Origin: Candidatus Poriferihabitaceae bacterium
Lineage (GTDB): Bacteria > Pseudomonadota > Gammaproteobacteria > Arenicellales > Poriferihabitantaceae
NCBI GenBank assembly: GCA_965221795.1
Contig: OZ244914.1
Span: 3,130,030 to 3,194,029 of the forward strand
Length of the DNA stretch: 64,000 bases
Direction of reading: 5' to 3'
Positions 46,025-56,786 of the stretch are shown one piece after another (the first letter of the stretch is position 1; every line of letters starts with the position of its first letter). A program made the position numbers and the translations under genes. The notes under the pieces are model-generated. The model saw only the letters and a program-made list of their open reading frames with translations. It was not told the origin of the DNA and did not search any database.

Positions 46025-47212
46025 ATGGCGGCCTTTCCCGGTATCCATGAATGGGCGCAGACGATGATTTCTCCTTTGTCCCCACAACCAGGAATTTCAT
46101 CCTTCAGTGAAGATCAGGCTGGAGAGGATCATCAGTTTATGGGACGGGCCTTGAGGTTAGCCCAAAACGGGTGTTTTACCTCTCACCCCAATCCCCGAGT
46201 GGGCTGTGTGATCACAAAGGATGGGATGGTGGTCGGGGAAGGGTGGCATCAGTTTGCGGGAGAGGCTCATGCTGAAGTCCATGCCCTCCGGCAGGCAGGA
46301 AAGCGTGCCCAAGGAGGGACATTGTATGTCAACCTGGAGCCTTGCAGTATTCATGGACGTACCCCCCCTTGCACGGATGCAATTATTCAATCCGGGATCC
46401 GTCGGGTCGTTTGCGCCATGGCTGATCCCAATCCCCGTGTGAACGGAACGGGCATTTCCGCCTTGCGGCAGGCGGGAATTCTGGTGCAGACGGGTCCGAA
46501 CCATCAACAGGCACTCCGGCTCAATCGGGGATTTGTCCGCAGAATGACGCAGGGGATTCCCTGGGTGACCTTGAAGGTCGCCGCCAGCCTTGATGGCATG
46601 TCGGCGATGAAGAATGGGGAAAGCCAATGGATCACTAGCCAGGATGCCCGCCGTGACGCCCATCGCCTGCGCGCTTCCAGTGCAGCGATTATTACCGGCA
46701 TTGGTACGGTGCTCCGGGACAATCCGAGGATGACCGCACGAATTGAGGGGCTCAAACGCCACCCCTTGCGCGTGATCATGGACAGTCGACTGAGTACCCC
46801 ACTGGATGCGGCCATTTTGTCAGGGCCGGGAAGGGTGCTGATCCTGACTGCTCCGGGGATGATGCAGGATGCCAGCTCCTATCCGCATGAAAACGTTGAG
46901 GTGCATGCTTGCCCGATGCAGGGCGATAGCATGGACCTTCAAGAAGCCCTACGGGAGTTGGGAAGGCGTGAGATCAATGAAGTGATGCTGGAAGCCGGGC
47001 CCCGATTGGGCGGTGCCATGTTAGCGCAGGGATTGGTCGATGAACTGGTGATTTACATGGCGCCAGACTTGTTGGGATGCCATGCGAAAAGTATGTTCCA
47101 GATTCCCGGTCTCGAAAGCCTGACGAGTCGATTGCGCCTCACCTTTCAGGATATTCGCCGAATTGGCCGCGATGTCCGCCTGATTCTTGCGGTGGGGCCA
47201 GAAAACACCTGA
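46025..47212 (+). CDS. ribD: bifunctional diaminohydroxyphosphoribosylaminopyrimidine deaminase / 5-amino-6-(5-phosphoribosylamino)uracil reductase
   Basis: HAEVHAL...PCSIHGRTPPC deaminase motif. Reductase half: WVTLKVAASLDG. The start may be internal. Confidence 0.9.
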   Translation: MAAFPGIHEWAQTMISPLSPQPGISSFSEDQAGEDHQFMGRALRLAQNGCFTSHPNPRVGCVITKDGMVVGEGWHQFAGEAHAEVHALRQAGKRAQGGTLYVNLEPCSIHGRTPPCTDAIIQSGIRRVVCAMADPNPRVNGTGISALRQAGILVQTGPNHQQALRLNRGFVRRMTQGIPWVTLKVAASLDGMSAMKNGESQWITSQDARRDAHRLRASSAAIITGIGTVLRDNPRMTARIEGLKRHPLRVIMDSRLSTPLDAAILSGPGRVLILTAPGMMQDASSYPHENVEVHACPMQGDSMDLQEALRELGRREINEVMLEAGPRLGGAMLAQGLVDELVIYMAPDLLGCHAKSMFQIPGLESLTSRLRLTFQDIRRIGRDVRLILAVGPENT

Positions 47213-47217
47213 GGCTC

Positions 47218-47838
47218 ATGTTTACCGGGATCATTGAGGCTCAGGGCCACATTACCTGCGTCCAATCCATAGCGGAGGGGCGGCAACTGTGGGTGCATTT
47301 GGGTACAATGGAAACTGGTCTTATTCATCCCGGGGATAGTATTGCGGTCAACGGCGTTTGTCTGACTGTAACTGAAATTCGTGATGGGATCGGATGCTTC
47401 GATATTTCCGATGAAACGCTGAGCAAGTGCCTGGTGGGAAGCTGGAAAGTCAATGATCCCGTCAACCTGGAAACGGCCCTGACCCTGTCGAAGCCTCTGG
47501 GAGGACATTTGATTTCTGGCCATGTGGATGGTACCGGCTTGGTCGAGACCGTGCTTGTGGGAGCGCATTCGACTTGGATGAGAATTCGGGTGCCGGAGAC
47601 ACTGGGACGGTACTTGGCGATCAAGGGTTCGGTCGCCGTGGATGGAATCAGCCTGACCACTAACCGGGTTTATGACGAGCAAGAAGAGACAGTTTTTGAA
47701 CTGACGCTGGTGCCGCATACAATGTCCATAACAAATCTGGGACAACGGGTATCTGGCGACCGGGTTCATATCGAAGTAGACCTGCTGGCGCGTTACCTGG
47801 AACGTTTGTTGCAATCTCAGAAGGACAGTACCGATTGA
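47218..47838 (+). CDS. ribE: riboflavin synthase
   Basis: MFTGIIEAQGHI...GDSIAVNGVCLTV...GSVAVDGISLTT (duplicated lumazine-binding repeats). Confidence 0.92.
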   Translation: MFTGIIEAQGHITCVQSIAEGRQLWVHLGTMETGLIHPGDSIAVNGVCLTVTEIRDGIGCFDISDETLSKCLVGSWKVNDPVNLETALTLSKPLGGHLISGHVDGTGLVETVLVGAHSTWMRIRVPETLGRYLAIKGSVAVDGISLTTNRVYDEQEETVFELTLVPHTMSITNLGQRVSGDRVHIEVDLLARYLERLLQSQKDSTD

Positions 47839-47841
47839 GCG

Positions 47842-49011
47842 ATGACGGCACTGATGATCCATCCGATTGAAGAAGTTCTGGCGGATTTCCGTCAGGGAAA
47901 AATGGTGGTCCTTGTGGATGAAGAGGATCGGGAAAATGAAGGAGACCTGTTGATGGCAGCGGAGTGCGTGACTGCGGATCATATCAACTTCATGGCCTCC
48001 CATGCCCGGGGGTTGATCTGCCTGACGTTAACCGAAGAGCGTTGTCGACAATTGGACCTGGCCTTGATGGTGAGTCGGAACAATGCTCGTTTTTCGACCA
48101 ATTTCACTGTTTCCATTGAAGCTGCCGAGGGCGTCACTACCGGGATTTCCGCTCAGGACCGGGCGATCACAGTGCGTGCGGCAGTCAAACGCAATGCCCG
48201 TCCCGAGGATTTGGTGACACCGGGTCATATCTTTCCGGTCAAGGCGCAACCGGGAGGAGTGCTGACACGGGCAGGACATACGGAAGCCGGTGTGGATCTG
48301 GCACGCTTGAGCGGCTTTGAGCCGGCCAGCGTGATCTGTGAAATCCTGCGAAAGGATGGCACCATGGCCCGGTTGCCGGATTTGTTGGAGTTTGCCAGGG
48401 AACACGGTCTCAAGGTAGGAACCATCGCCGATTTGATCAAGTTTCGGCTTCGTTATGACCCCACCTTGTCACGCGTTCGTTCCGAATCCCTGGAACTGGA
48501 ACAGGGGCCATTTGAGGCATTGGTGTATCATGACATGGCTGAAGGCGGTACTCATCTGGCATTAATCCATGGCCCGGTCGACCCGAAGCAGCCTGTGCCG
48601 GTACGGATCCAGGTGCACCGCGGATTGCTGGATACGGTGCTGGAAGCCAGCATGCCGCCTCGGTCCTGGGGCGTCCGCTCGGTGTTAGAGGCGATCGTGG
48701 ACCATGGCTCTGGCGTGCTGATCCTGTTAGCGTACTCTGAAGGAGTCGATGAGTTAGCCTCCCGAATCCGCATGCGAACCCCGCGAAGCCCCGAAAGCCG
48801 CCGCCCTCTGGAGGAGACCCACCGACATGTTCCCGAAGACCTCCGAATGATCGGTGCCGGCAGCCAGATTCTTGCCGATCTGGGACTGCACCGGGTACTT
48901 TCCTTGGGAAGGGAATGGCGCACATTCGGGTTGTCCGGTTTTGATCTGGAAGTTGTAGAATATCTACCGGATCGCCCAGCCCTTGATTCCTGGAAATCGT
49001 CCCATGCATGA
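47842..49011 (+). CDS. ribBA: bifunctional 3,4-dihydroxy-2-butanone-4-phosphate synthase / GTP cyclohydrolase II-like protein
   Basis: DEEDRENEGDL, HTEAGVDLARL (DHBP synthase). C-terminal RibA-like half. Confidence 0.9.
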   Translation: MTALMIHPIEEVLADFRQGKMVVLVDEEDRENEGDLLMAAECVTADHINFMASHARGLICLTLTEERCRQLDLALMVSRNNARFSTNFTVSIEAAEGVTTGISAQDRAITVRAAVKRNARPEDLVTPGHIFPVKAQPGGVLTRAGHTEAGVDLARLSGFEPASVICEILRKDGTMARLPDLLEFAREHGLKVGTIADLIKFRLRYDPTLSRVRSESLELEQGPFEALVYHDMAEGGTHLALIHGPVDPKQPVPVRIQVHRGLLDTVLEASMPPRSWGVRSVLEAIVDHGSGVLILLAYSEGVDELASRIRMRTPRSPESRRPLEETHRHVPEDLRMIGAGSQILADLGLHRVLSLGREWRTFGLSGFDLEVVEYLPDRPALDSWKSSHA

Positions 49012-49471
49012 AATAAACGGAGATTTTGTCACCGGTACCGGTCAGTATGCGATCGTGGCAAGCCGATTCAATGCCTTTGTCACCGAGCGTCTGGTCGCAG
49101 GCGCCCGCGATGCCTGGCTGCGGCATGGGGTCGCCGAAGAGGATATCGCACTGATTTGGGTGCCGGGGGCGTTCGAAATGCCTTATGCCGTACGGCGGGT
49201 TGTGGACCTTGGTCGCTATGATGCGGTGGTGGCACTGGGTGCGGTGATCCGGGGGGCAACACCTCATTTTGAGTATGTGGCGGGGGAATGTTGCGCTGGC
49301 ATTGCCCGGATTAACGCCGAAGCAAAAGTGCCGGTGATCCTGGGGGTGCTGACCACGGAGACCATTGAGCAAGCGGTAGAAAGAGCCGGAGCCAAGGCAG
49401 GAAACAAGGGCACGGAAGCAGCGTTGGCGGCCATGGAAATGGTCAGCCTGACTCGCAAGTTGCGTGCTTGA
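49004..49471 (+). CDS. ribH: 6,7-dimethyl-8-ribityllumazine synthase
   Basis: IVASRFNAFVTERLVAGA...VPGAFEMPYA...GAVIRGATPHFEYV. Confidence 0.92.
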   Translation: MHEINGDFVTGTGQYAIVASRFNAFVTERLVAGARDAWLRHGVAEEDIALIWVPGAFEMPYAVRRVVDLGRYDAVVALGAVIRGATPHFEYVAGECCAGIARINAEAKVPVILGVLTTETIEQAVERAGAKAGNKGTEAALAAMEMVSLTRKLRA

Positions 49472-49893
49472 GGTTTATCCTCGTGGCCAAGATCGGACGC
49501 CATCTGGCGCGAAGATGTGTCGTGCAGGCACTGTATCAATGGCAGATCACTGGGCAGGATGCAGCCCAGATCCTGCCGAGCTTCATTGACCATGATGGCC
49601 TTGCCGGTAAGTACCGGGAGTATTTTCTGATGCTGGTCGCAGAAATCACCCGATGCTGCAAAGAGATCGATCATGTGATAGCCCCCCATCTGGACCGCTC
49701 GCTGGACCGCGTGGATCCGGTGGAAGAAGCGATCTTGCGCTTGGGTACCTACGAATTGTGTTTTGACAAAACCATCCCCACCCGTGTAGTGATTGACGAA
49801 GCCATCGAGTTGGCGAAAACCTTTGGTTCCGAACATGGATACCGATACGTCAATGGGGTTCTGGATAAGGTTGCCAAGGGTGTCCGCCAATAA
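49468..49893 (+). CDS. nusB: transcription antitermination factor NusB
   Basis: ARRCVVQALYQWQITG...AILRLGTYEL. TTG at 49468 or GTG at 49483 as start. Confidence 0.88.
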   Translation: MRFILVAKIGRHLARRCVVQALYQWQITGQDAAQILPSFIDHDGLAGKYREYFLMLVAEITRCCKEIDHVIAPHLDRSLDRVDPVEEAILRLGTYELCFDKTIPTRVVIDEAIELAKTFGSEHGYRYVNGVLDKVAKGVRQ

Positions 49894-50392
49894 ACCGGCG
49901 ACTCGAACTGACCTGTTCTCCGGCGTGGTTCCGTTTCTGGGAATGGGATTCGGCAGCGGGTTGTTGCCGAAAGCCCCGGGAACGTTTGGGACGGTAGTAG
50001 CGGTCCCCTTGGCCGCGTGGGCCGCTCTGGCCGGGCCAGAAATTTACGGACTCCTGACGGTAGGCGTTGTGATTTTGGGAGTGCCGATTTGTGGGGAGAC
50101 GGCCCGGCGGTTAGGTACTCCCGATCATCAGGCGATTGTCTGGGATGAAATGGCCGGGTTCATGGTGACCATGTGGTTTGTGCCGATGACCTGGGAGCAT
50201 GTGTTGGTGGGTTTTGTCCTGTTTCGGCTATTTGATATCCTGAAGCCTTGGCCTATACGTTGGATTGACCAACATCTCCAGGGAGGCTTTGGTATCATGA
50301 TGGATGACGTGCTGGCTGGATTGTTGGCTGCGTTATGCCTCTATCTGATGACTATCGCCATTGGCCTTGATCTTTTTTCCCGTGCCCTTTGA
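49880..50392 (+). CDS. pgpA: phosphatidylglycerophosphatase A
   Basis: GFGSGLLPKAPGTFGTVVAVPL...DHQAIVWDEMAGF...FRLFDILKPWPI. GTG start overlapping the nusB end. Confidence 0.88.
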   Translation: MSANKPATRTDLFSGVVPFLGMGFGSGLLPKAPGTFGTVVAVPLAAWAALAGPEIYGLLTVGVVILGVPICGETARRLGTPDHQAIVWDEMAGFMVTMWFVPMTWEHVLVGFVLFRLFDILKPWPIRWIDQHLQGGFGIMMDDVLAGLLAALCLYLMTIAIGLDLFSRAL

Positions 50393-50412
50393 AACCAACC
50401 GAGTTTTGTATC

Positions 50413-51405
50413 ATGACTTCTTTCCGCGCCTATCGCATCGACCAGACCGAAGATAAGAAAATCATTGCGGGTTATCGGGATATGACCGTAGAGGAACTGA
50501 CGTCTGGGGAGGTGGTCATTCGGGTCCAATGGTCTGGCGTTAACTTCAAGGACGTCCTCGCGGCAACGGGAAAAGGCAAAATACTCAGGCGCTATCCCCT
50601 GAACGGAGGGATTGATCTTGCTGGGATTGTGGAACATTCCGCAGATGATCGTTTCCACGCAGGGGATGAGGTTCTGGTAGCTGGTTGCGGCTTGTCAGAA
50701 ACTGCTGATGGGGGATATGCGGAAGTCGCCAGAGTCTGTGCCAACTGCGTGGTGCCCGTACCAAAGGGTCTCTCCATGAAGGATTGCATGGCACTGGGCA
50801 CCGCTGGCTTCACGGCAGCAATGGCGGTCATGCGCATGGAGCAGAATGGTCAAACGCCGGACCACGGAGTCGTGGTGGTGACGGGGGCCACTGGTGGAGT
50901 CGGCAGCATCGCGATCGACCTGTTGGCATCCCGCGGCTATCCGGTGGCGGCTTTTACCGGAAAAAAAGAGCAATATACATACCTTCGTGCATTGGGGGCC
51001 ATGGAGTTCATTGACCGGCATCACGAAGAAATGGGACAACGCCCACTGGAAAGTGCTCGATGGGGTGGGGCGGTAGACAACGCAGGGGGGCAAACCTTGG
51101 CTTGGTTGACCCGTACCGTCAAACCCTGGGGCAATATTGCCAGCATTGGCTTAGTAGATGATATTCGGCTCGACACCACCGTCATGCCGTTTATCCTGCG
51201 GGGCGTGTCCCTGCTTGGCATTAACTCGATTGAGATGCCCAGTTCGGTTCGAAACGAACTCTGGGAACGGTTGGGTGGTGACATGAAACCCCGTCATCTC
51301 GACCGGATCGTGACCCGGGAAGTAGGGTTTGATGAATTGCCGCAAATTTTTGCCAGTTACCTGGAAGGTCGCAATGTGGGCCGCACACTGGTTCGATTCA
51401 ATTGA
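50413..51405 (+). CDS. YhdH/YhfP (AcuI-like) family MDR oxidoreductase
   Basis: SGVNFKDVLAATGKGKILRRYPLNGGIDLAG...VTGATGGVGSIAI. No zinc ligand motifs. Confidence 0.8.
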   Translation: MTSFRAYRIDQTEDKKIIAGYRDMTVEELTSGEVVIRVQWSGVNFKDVLAATGKGKILRRYPLNGGIDLAGIVEHSADDRFHAGDEVLVAGCGLSETADGGYAEVARVCANCVVPVPKGLSMKDCMALGTAGFTAAMAVMRMEQNGQTPDHGVVVVTGATGGVGSIAIDLLASRGYPVAAFTGKKEQYTYLRALGAMEFIDRHHEEMGQRPLESARWGGAVDNAGGQTLAWLTRTVKPWGNIASIGLVDDIRLDTTVMPFILRGVSLLGINSIEMPSSVRNELWERLGGDMKPRHLDRIVTREVGFDELPQIFASYLEGRNVGRTLVRFN

Positions 51406-51436
51406 GTGATGCGGAAGGCGTCGGTATTCCGTCGTA

Positions 51437-52876
51437 TCATCCGCGTCGCCAATGATGGAATTTCTCCAGCAAGGCCAGCACCCATGAGGGTGCATGGGCT
51501 TTTTTCCAGTTACCGGCTACAAGTTTGTTTGCTTCCATCCAGGTAGGGTAGGCATGGATAGTACCCAGTAGCGCATTTAGTCCGATATTCTGTTTCATGG
51601 CAAGGACAAATTCGGCAATCATGTCTCCGGCATGGCTGCCAACAATCGTGACACCGAGAATCCGGTCTTTACCAGGAACCGTGAGTACCTTGACAAAGCC
51701 CTCGGCATGGCCTTCTGCCAAGGCCCGGTCGAGGTGGGCTAAATCATATTGGGTCACTTCGTAGGGGATGTTTTTTTCCATGGCATCCTGCTCATTGAGG
51801 CCCACTCGCGCCACTTCTGGATCGGTGTAGGTGGACCAGGGAATGACCCGATAGTCCACCCGGAATTTCCAGAATGGTCGAAACAGGGCATTGACGGTGG
51901 CATACCAGGCCTGATGGGAAGCAACATGGGTAAATTGGTAGGGCCCTACTACATCGCCACAAGCATAGATACACGGATATCCGGCCTGCAGGTATTCATT
52001 GGTTTCGATGGTCTTGCGTTCGGTCAGGGGGATGGAGACCGCATCAAAACCTGCCCCCAAAGACCGAGGTGCCCGTCCCACCGCCACGAGAATTCGATCG
52101 AAAGGGATCGGGAGAGTTTCCCCGTCGCACTCACAGTGGATCACCGGTTCTGTGCCATCCATGGTGATACCGGTCGCCTTGTGACCCGTGAGCAGGCGAA
52201 TCCCCTCGGACCGGAAACGTTCTGCCACGAACGTTGAGACCTCATGATCTTCTCGGATCAGGATCTGCGGCAACATCTCGACAACGGTCACTGCGCTGCC
52301 TAGGCGGGCAAAGCATTGGGCCAGTTCACATCCAATGGGGCCACCACCCAGGACCACCAGTTTTTCGGGGAGTTGTTCCAATTCCCAGAGGTTGTCGGAA
52401 GTCAGGTAATCGACTTGGTCCAGGCCGGGTATCGGTGGGACGAATGGTTCTGCGCCCGTGGCGAGGATAATGTTTCGCGTGCGGATCAGACGACCGTCCA
52501 CCTCGACTTCTGTAGGGGAGCGCACGACCGCTTCTCCCTCGATCACTTCGACCCCAAGACGGGTATACCGCTCCACTGAGTCATGGGGCTCGATCGCCGA
52601 AATGACTGATCGCACACGGGCCATGATGTCTGCAAAGTCAAAATCGGCATGGGCCGTATGAATCCCCCATTGATCCGCATGACGGATGTGGTGCAGCAGT
52701 TTGGTGGAAGCGATCAGTGACTTCGAAGGCACGCAGCCGGTGTTCAGGCAGTCACCTCCCATCCGCGACTTTTCGATCAAAATGACTTTGGCCCGAATCG
52801 CCGAAGCAATATAGGCGCTGACCAGACCGGCACTACCCGCACCGATTACGACCAGGTTGGCATCAAATTTACTCAT
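51437..52876 (-). CDS. FAD-dependent pyridine nucleotide-disulfide oxidoreductase (mercuric-reductase / dihydrolipoamide-dehydrogenase-like)
   Basis: VVIGAGSAG, redox-active GGDCLNTGCVPSK, a second GGGPIGCE fold, and a C-terminal dimerisation domain. Confidence 0.85.
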   Translation of the reverse strand: MSKFDANLVVIGAGSAGLVSAYIASAIRAKVILIEKSRMGGDCLNTGCVPSKSLIASTKLLHHIRHADQWGIHTAHADFDFADIMARVRSVISAIEPHDSVERYTRLGVEVIEGEAVVRSPTEVEVDGRLIRTRNIILATGAEPFVPPIPGLDQVDYLTSDNLWELEQLPEKLVVLGGGPIGCELAQCFARLGSAVTVVEMLPQILIREDHEVSTFVAERFRSEGIRLLTGHKATGITMDGTEPVIHCECDGETLPIPFDRILVAVGRAPRSLGAGFDAVSIPLTERKTIETNEYLQAGYPCIYACGDVVGPYQFTHVASHQAWYATVNALFRPFWKFRVDYRVIPWSTYTDPEVARVGLNEQDAMEKNIPYEVTQYDLAHLDRALAEGHAEGFVKVLTVPGKDRILGVTIVGSHAGDMIAEFVLAMKQNIGLNALLGTIHAYPTWMEANKLVAGNWKKAHAPSWVLALLEKFHHWRRG

Positions 52877-53579
52877 CGGAATGCCCCGGAGTGACGGATA
52901 TACTGTTCGCGCTTCGGATCCGTTTTAACAGGAATTTGGCCACATAAGGGAAGAGGGCCAGCAGCAGAAAAGAGACAATCATCGTCGGTGACAACAGTCC
53001 TTGCAGGGATTGCAGTTGCCCCAGTTGGGCTCCGGCATTGACAAAGACCATACTGCCGGGAGCCATGCCAATGAACGACGCGATCGCAAAAGTGGAGACG
53101 CGGATCGGGGTCAGGCCCATCAACAGGTTAATGACAAAGAAGGGAAAGACCGGAACCAGTCGCATGGAAAAAAGATACAATGCCCCTTCCTTGCGGAAAT
53201 TTTCCTGGATGGCACTCAAGCGCTCTCCCATTCGGTTTTCGACCAGGTCGCGAAACAGATAGCGAGCCAACAGGAACGCAATGGTAGCACCGATGGTGGC
53301 GGCAATGAGCGCCGACAGGGTGCCCAGGGCAAACCCAAAGATCGCTCCCCCCAACAGGGTCAACACCAGTGCCCCGGGCAACATGGATGCGGTGACTCCG
53401 ATATAAATGGCAATAAAAGCCAGCACTGAACCGAACGGGTACAACTCGTGATAGCCCCGAATGGTGTCCAACTGGGACTGGATGTATTCCAGGGTGAGGA
53501 AATGTTTTGGACCAAACAGGAAAAAACCGCCGATGATGGCGACGATTACGGCCAGTAGCAGGAGTTTGGTTCTGGACAT
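52869..53579 (-). CDS. TVP38/TMEM64 (DedA-related) family membrane protein
   Basis: Polytopic. LPGALVLTLLGGAIFG and RLVPVFPFFVINLLMGLT motifs. Overlaps the downstream oxidoreductase by 8 nt. Confidence 0.8.
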   Translation of the reverse strand: MSRTKLLLLAVIVAIIGGFFLFGPKHFLTLEYIQSQLDTIRGYHELYPFGSVLAFIAIYIGVTASMLPGALVLTLLGGAIFGFALGTLSALIAATIGATIAFLLARYLFRDLVENRMGERLSAIQENFRKEGALYLFSMRLVPVFPFFVINLLMGLTPIRVSTFAIASFIGMAPGSMVFVNAGAQLGQLQSLQGLLSPTMIVSFLLLALFPYVAKFLLKRIRSANSISVTPGHSDE

Positions 53580-53739
53580 GGAATCAGGAGTATGAGGGTG
53601 TCATGAAGGTTCGAGAACGACCCCTTGCCACCACAATTTTGACCCCACTCGGGTACTGGGGTATTCGGCGGTTCCTTCCGTGACCGGGGCATTGATATGG
53701 TGTGCTGGTTCAGAAGCAGACACTCACGACTGTCCGACG

Positions 53740-54987
53740 TTATGACATCTTTGCGATCAGTGCATCTGCAAAGCCACTGGTCGACACTTCATGGGCTCCG
53801 GTCATCAGTCGGGCAAAGTCATAGGTCACGGTCTTTTCGGCCAGCACCTTGACGAAGGCCTTATGAACCAGGTCGGCGGCTTCCTGCCAACCCATATGCT
53901 CGAACATCATCACTCCGGAAAACATCAGCGAGGAAGGGTTGACCTTATCTTGATTGGCATATTTTGGTGCGGTGCCATGGGTGGCTTCGAACACTGCAAC
54001 CTCATCTGAGATATTGGCTCCGGGAGCAATCCCGATGCCTCCCACTTCGGCAGCCACCGCATCAGACAGATAGTCTCCATTGAGGTTCATGGTGGCCAGT
54101 ACATCAAATTCAGCAGGCCGTGTCTGCAGCAACTGGAATGTAATGTCGGCAATTCGATCCTTGAGGATGATTTTCCCGGCAGGAGCGATCCCATTATGTT
54201 CTTCCCAGAGTTCTTCCTCGGTTACGATGTGATCATGAAATTCTTCCTTGGCGAGCGCATATCCCCAGTTTCGGAAACCGCCTTCGGTAAATTTCATGAT
54301 GTTGCCCTTGTGCACCAGAGTCACACTGGCACGCTGGTGGTCAATGGCATACTGGATGGCCTTGCGAATGAGTCGCCGTGAGCCGAATGGGCTGATCGGT
54401 TTGATGCCCAAAGCCGCCCCTTCGAAAAATTCGGCTCCCATTTCATCGCGCAGGAACCGTGCCAGCTTTTCATTTTCCGGCGTGCCGCTGGCGTACTCAA
54501 TGCCACAGTAGACATCTTCAGTGTTTTCGCGAAAAATCACCACGTCGACCTCTTCCGGATGACGCAGGGGGGAAGGTACGCCCGGATAGTATCGCAAGGG
54601 GCGAATGCAGGCGAAAAGATCCATCTCCTGTCGCAGCGACACATTCAGGGATCGGAAGCCGCCGCCGACAGGAGTTGTCAAAGGACCCTTGATCGCGACT
54701 TTCAGTTCGCGGATGGCATCCAGGGTTTCCGCAGGAAAATAGTCACTGCCATAGAGCCCGGCGGCCTTTTCCCCAAGATATAGTTCACACCAGGAAACCC
54801 GTCGCTTGCTACCATAGGCTTTTTCGACTGCTGCATCCCAGACCCGTAACGAGGCGGCGGTGATATCGGGTCCAATCCCATCTCCCTCGACAAAGCCAAG
54901 AATGGGATGATCCGGTATAACAAGCTTGCCATCGACAATCGAAATCTTGGTGCCAGACTCCGGTAACTTAATATGCTGATAGGTCAT
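53740..54987 (-). CDS. icd: NADP-dependent isocitrate dehydrogenase
   Basis: [43 protein letters not shown] aligns with the E. coli Icd N-terminus. [25 protein letters not shown] signature. Confidence 0.93.
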   Translation of the reverse strand: MTYQHIKLPESGTKISIVDGKLVIPDHPILGFVEGDGIGPDITAASLRVWDAAVEKAYGSKRRVSWCELYLGEKAAGLYGSDYFPAETLDAIRELKVAIKGPLTTPVGGGFRSLNVSLRQEMDLFACIRPLRYYPGVPSPLRHPEEVDVVIFRENTEDVYCGIEYASGTPENEKLARFLRDEMGAEFFEGAALGIKPISPFGSRRLIRKAIQYAIDHQRASVTLVHKGNIMKFTEGGFRNWGYALAKEEFHDHIVTEEELWEEHNGIAPAGKIILKDRIADITFQLLQTRPAEFDVLATMNLNGDYLSDAVAAEVGGIGIAPGANISDEVAVFEATHGTAPKYANQDKVNPSSLMFSGVMMFEHMGWQEAADLVHKAFVKVLAEKTVTYDFARLMTGAHEVSTSGFADALIAKMS

Positions 54988-55299
54988 TTGATGTATTGAG
55001 ATAGTTGGTCGGGACAGGATTCGGGTCCGTGATCCGTGGAAGCAATCCACTCTACAGGCAGAGAGGCGTATTCCCTCCCAACGCACATTTCCTATCACAA
55101 TGCCCAACTGGTTCATTGTAGCAGATTGCATGCCGGTTGTTGGCAGCTTACATATCAAATCAAGCTACCATTCTGCTCCGGTGACGAAGACTCTGACGGC
55201 ATATTCGAGACGACCATCAACACCCAACAGTTCTGCTACCTCATTGCCAACGACCACATCCGGGCAAGGCTCCGCAAAAGTCGCACTTCGCGGATCATA

Positions 55300-56240
55300 G
55301 TTGACTTGAGGGGGCAACCCTTTTTCCTTCGATGTTTTTTTCGGTTCGGGGGCGTCTGATCCGCGACACGCGGGAACAGAGGCGCTGGGACCGGTTGATA
55401 GCAGCGCATCATGATCTCTCATTCCGGCGCTTCTACCGTCGTGCGATTCGTCATGTGGCGGTCTGCGACGAGCGGTGGCTGGCGCTGGTCGGCGAGCGCA
55501 TTCCGGGTGGGCGTCCGGGACCGCTGGATCGGCTGGACATCGGGGCAGCGGGAACTGGTCCGCGGGCTCCGATGGCGCAGGACGACCAGACCATCCGGGC
55601 GCGGCAGCATGACCGGAGCCCATTCATCCTGGTCTCGGCTTTCGAGCACAGTACCTGCATCGCTCTGGGATCGGCCGAAGTCGCGAACGGCACCCACGAG
55701 ATCACGGCCGTGCGGGCCCTGCTGCAGGAACTGGACCTGCGGGATCGGATCATCACCCTGGCTACCCTGCATACCCAAGGGGAGACGGCTTGCCCGCGGG
55801 CCTAGAAGTGCGGGGCGGACTATGGGATGACCGCGGTCAAGGAGAACCAGGAAACCCTGCGGGAAGACCTCCGGGCGATCGACTGGGAGGCGTCGGCAAC
55901 CGTCCACCAGACCCTCGACAAGGGGCATGGGCGGGTCGAGTCCCGGCGCTGCACCGTGGTCGACGCCAGTGGCCCGCAGTGGGACGGGGTCTGCAATACC
56001 TCGCTGGCGGCAGAGCGGGCCGATGCCGGGACCTCAATGCTTGGTCCACCACCACGGGAGCATCGAGACGAGGCTGCACTACGTCCAGGACTTCACCGAT
56101 GGCGAAGACCGGTGCCGGGTCTCGATCGGACACACCACCCGCAACCTCTCCGCGATCACCAACCTGGCGACCGCCATCATCCGGCATCAAGGAACATTTC
56201 GCTTTATACGGAGAGTACCCATTAAAATCGGAATGTCCGT
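55300..56240 (+). pseudogene. GC-rich composite relic: DUF4338-like N-terminal piece joined to an ISAs1-family DDE transposase piece, with stops and frameshifts
   Basis: WLALVG / AFRVGVRDRWIGWTSGQRE (DUF4338-like). THEITAVRALLQELDLRDRIITLATLHTQGETA ... GADYGMTAVKENQETLREDL (ISAs1 NEITAIPxLLxxLDLxGxxVTxDAMGxQ ... GADYxLxVKxNQ). In-frame TAG near 55803. Confidence 0.55.
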
Positions 56241-56551
56241 CTAGCGACTATCCGACGGTTGGGGTTGTTCTACCCAGTTTTCGCGATGATGGCGGACCCG
56301 CAACACGAACACGGTCTCGTCATCGTCCAGTGGCGTGTAGACAATCAGGTGCCGTTGTGTCGGGACGATGCGGACCGGAGGGTGATCTCGTATCGCAACC
56401 GGACCATGCGGGGATGGTCGGACAAGAGACGCAAGCTCTTGTCCAGCTCGCGCTTGTAGCGTTCCGCCCGGGCCAACCCATAATGCTTGATGCCATAACG
56501 GAAGATATCGAGTAGATCGTTCTCGGCTGCACGAGAAAACTCAATCGCCAC
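56241..56551 (-). pseudogene. parE: ParE/RelE-family toxin gene with a frameshift
   Basis: GTG at 56551: VAIEFSRAAENDLLDIFRYGIKHYGLARAERYKRELDKSLRLLSDHPRM... The conserved C-terminus PPVRIVPTQRHLIVYTPLDDDETVFVLRVRHHRENW is in a different frame (shift near 56390). Confidence 0.6.
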
Positions 56552-56786
56552 GTAACGCTGGTCGCGATGCCGTTTTCCAGATCTCGTCCAGACTCTGCCG
56601 ACCGACACCGCTGGCGAAGGCTTCGTCAACCCGCTTCTGCATGGTCTCGATCTTCCTGGCCCGGGCCTGATCATGACGGATCAGGTCGCGCACATACTCA
56701 TCGGTGTTGTCATAACGCCCGGTTTCGGTCTGCCCCTCAACCCAGTCCTTCAGTGCACTGGGCAGGGAAATGCTCAGGGTTGCCAT
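56541..56786 (-). CDS. parD: ParD-type (ribbon-helix-helix) antitoxin
   Basis: MATLSISLPSALKDWVEGQTETGRYDNTDEYVRDLIRHDQARA matches the ParD1/3/4-type antitoxin N-terminus. It overlaps the toxin start by 11 nt. Confidence 0.75.
   Translation of the reverse strand: MATLSISLPSALKDWVEGQTETGRYDNTDEYVRDLIRHDQARARKIETMQKRVDEAFASGVGRQSLDEIWKTASRPALRGD

Noticed and set aside
45483-47217. FMN (RFN) riboswitch in front of the rib genes.
   Set aside because: nrdR-ribD-ribE-ribBA-ribH are separated by at most ~15 nt or overlap. There is no leader long enough to hold the element.
49893-50392. Absence of thiL between nusB and pgpA, and of tgt/queA before yajC, as signs of rearrangement.
   Set aside because: Gene order varies among lineages. 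The junctions are tight (the pgpA start overlaps nusB), so there is no evidence of a deletion scar.
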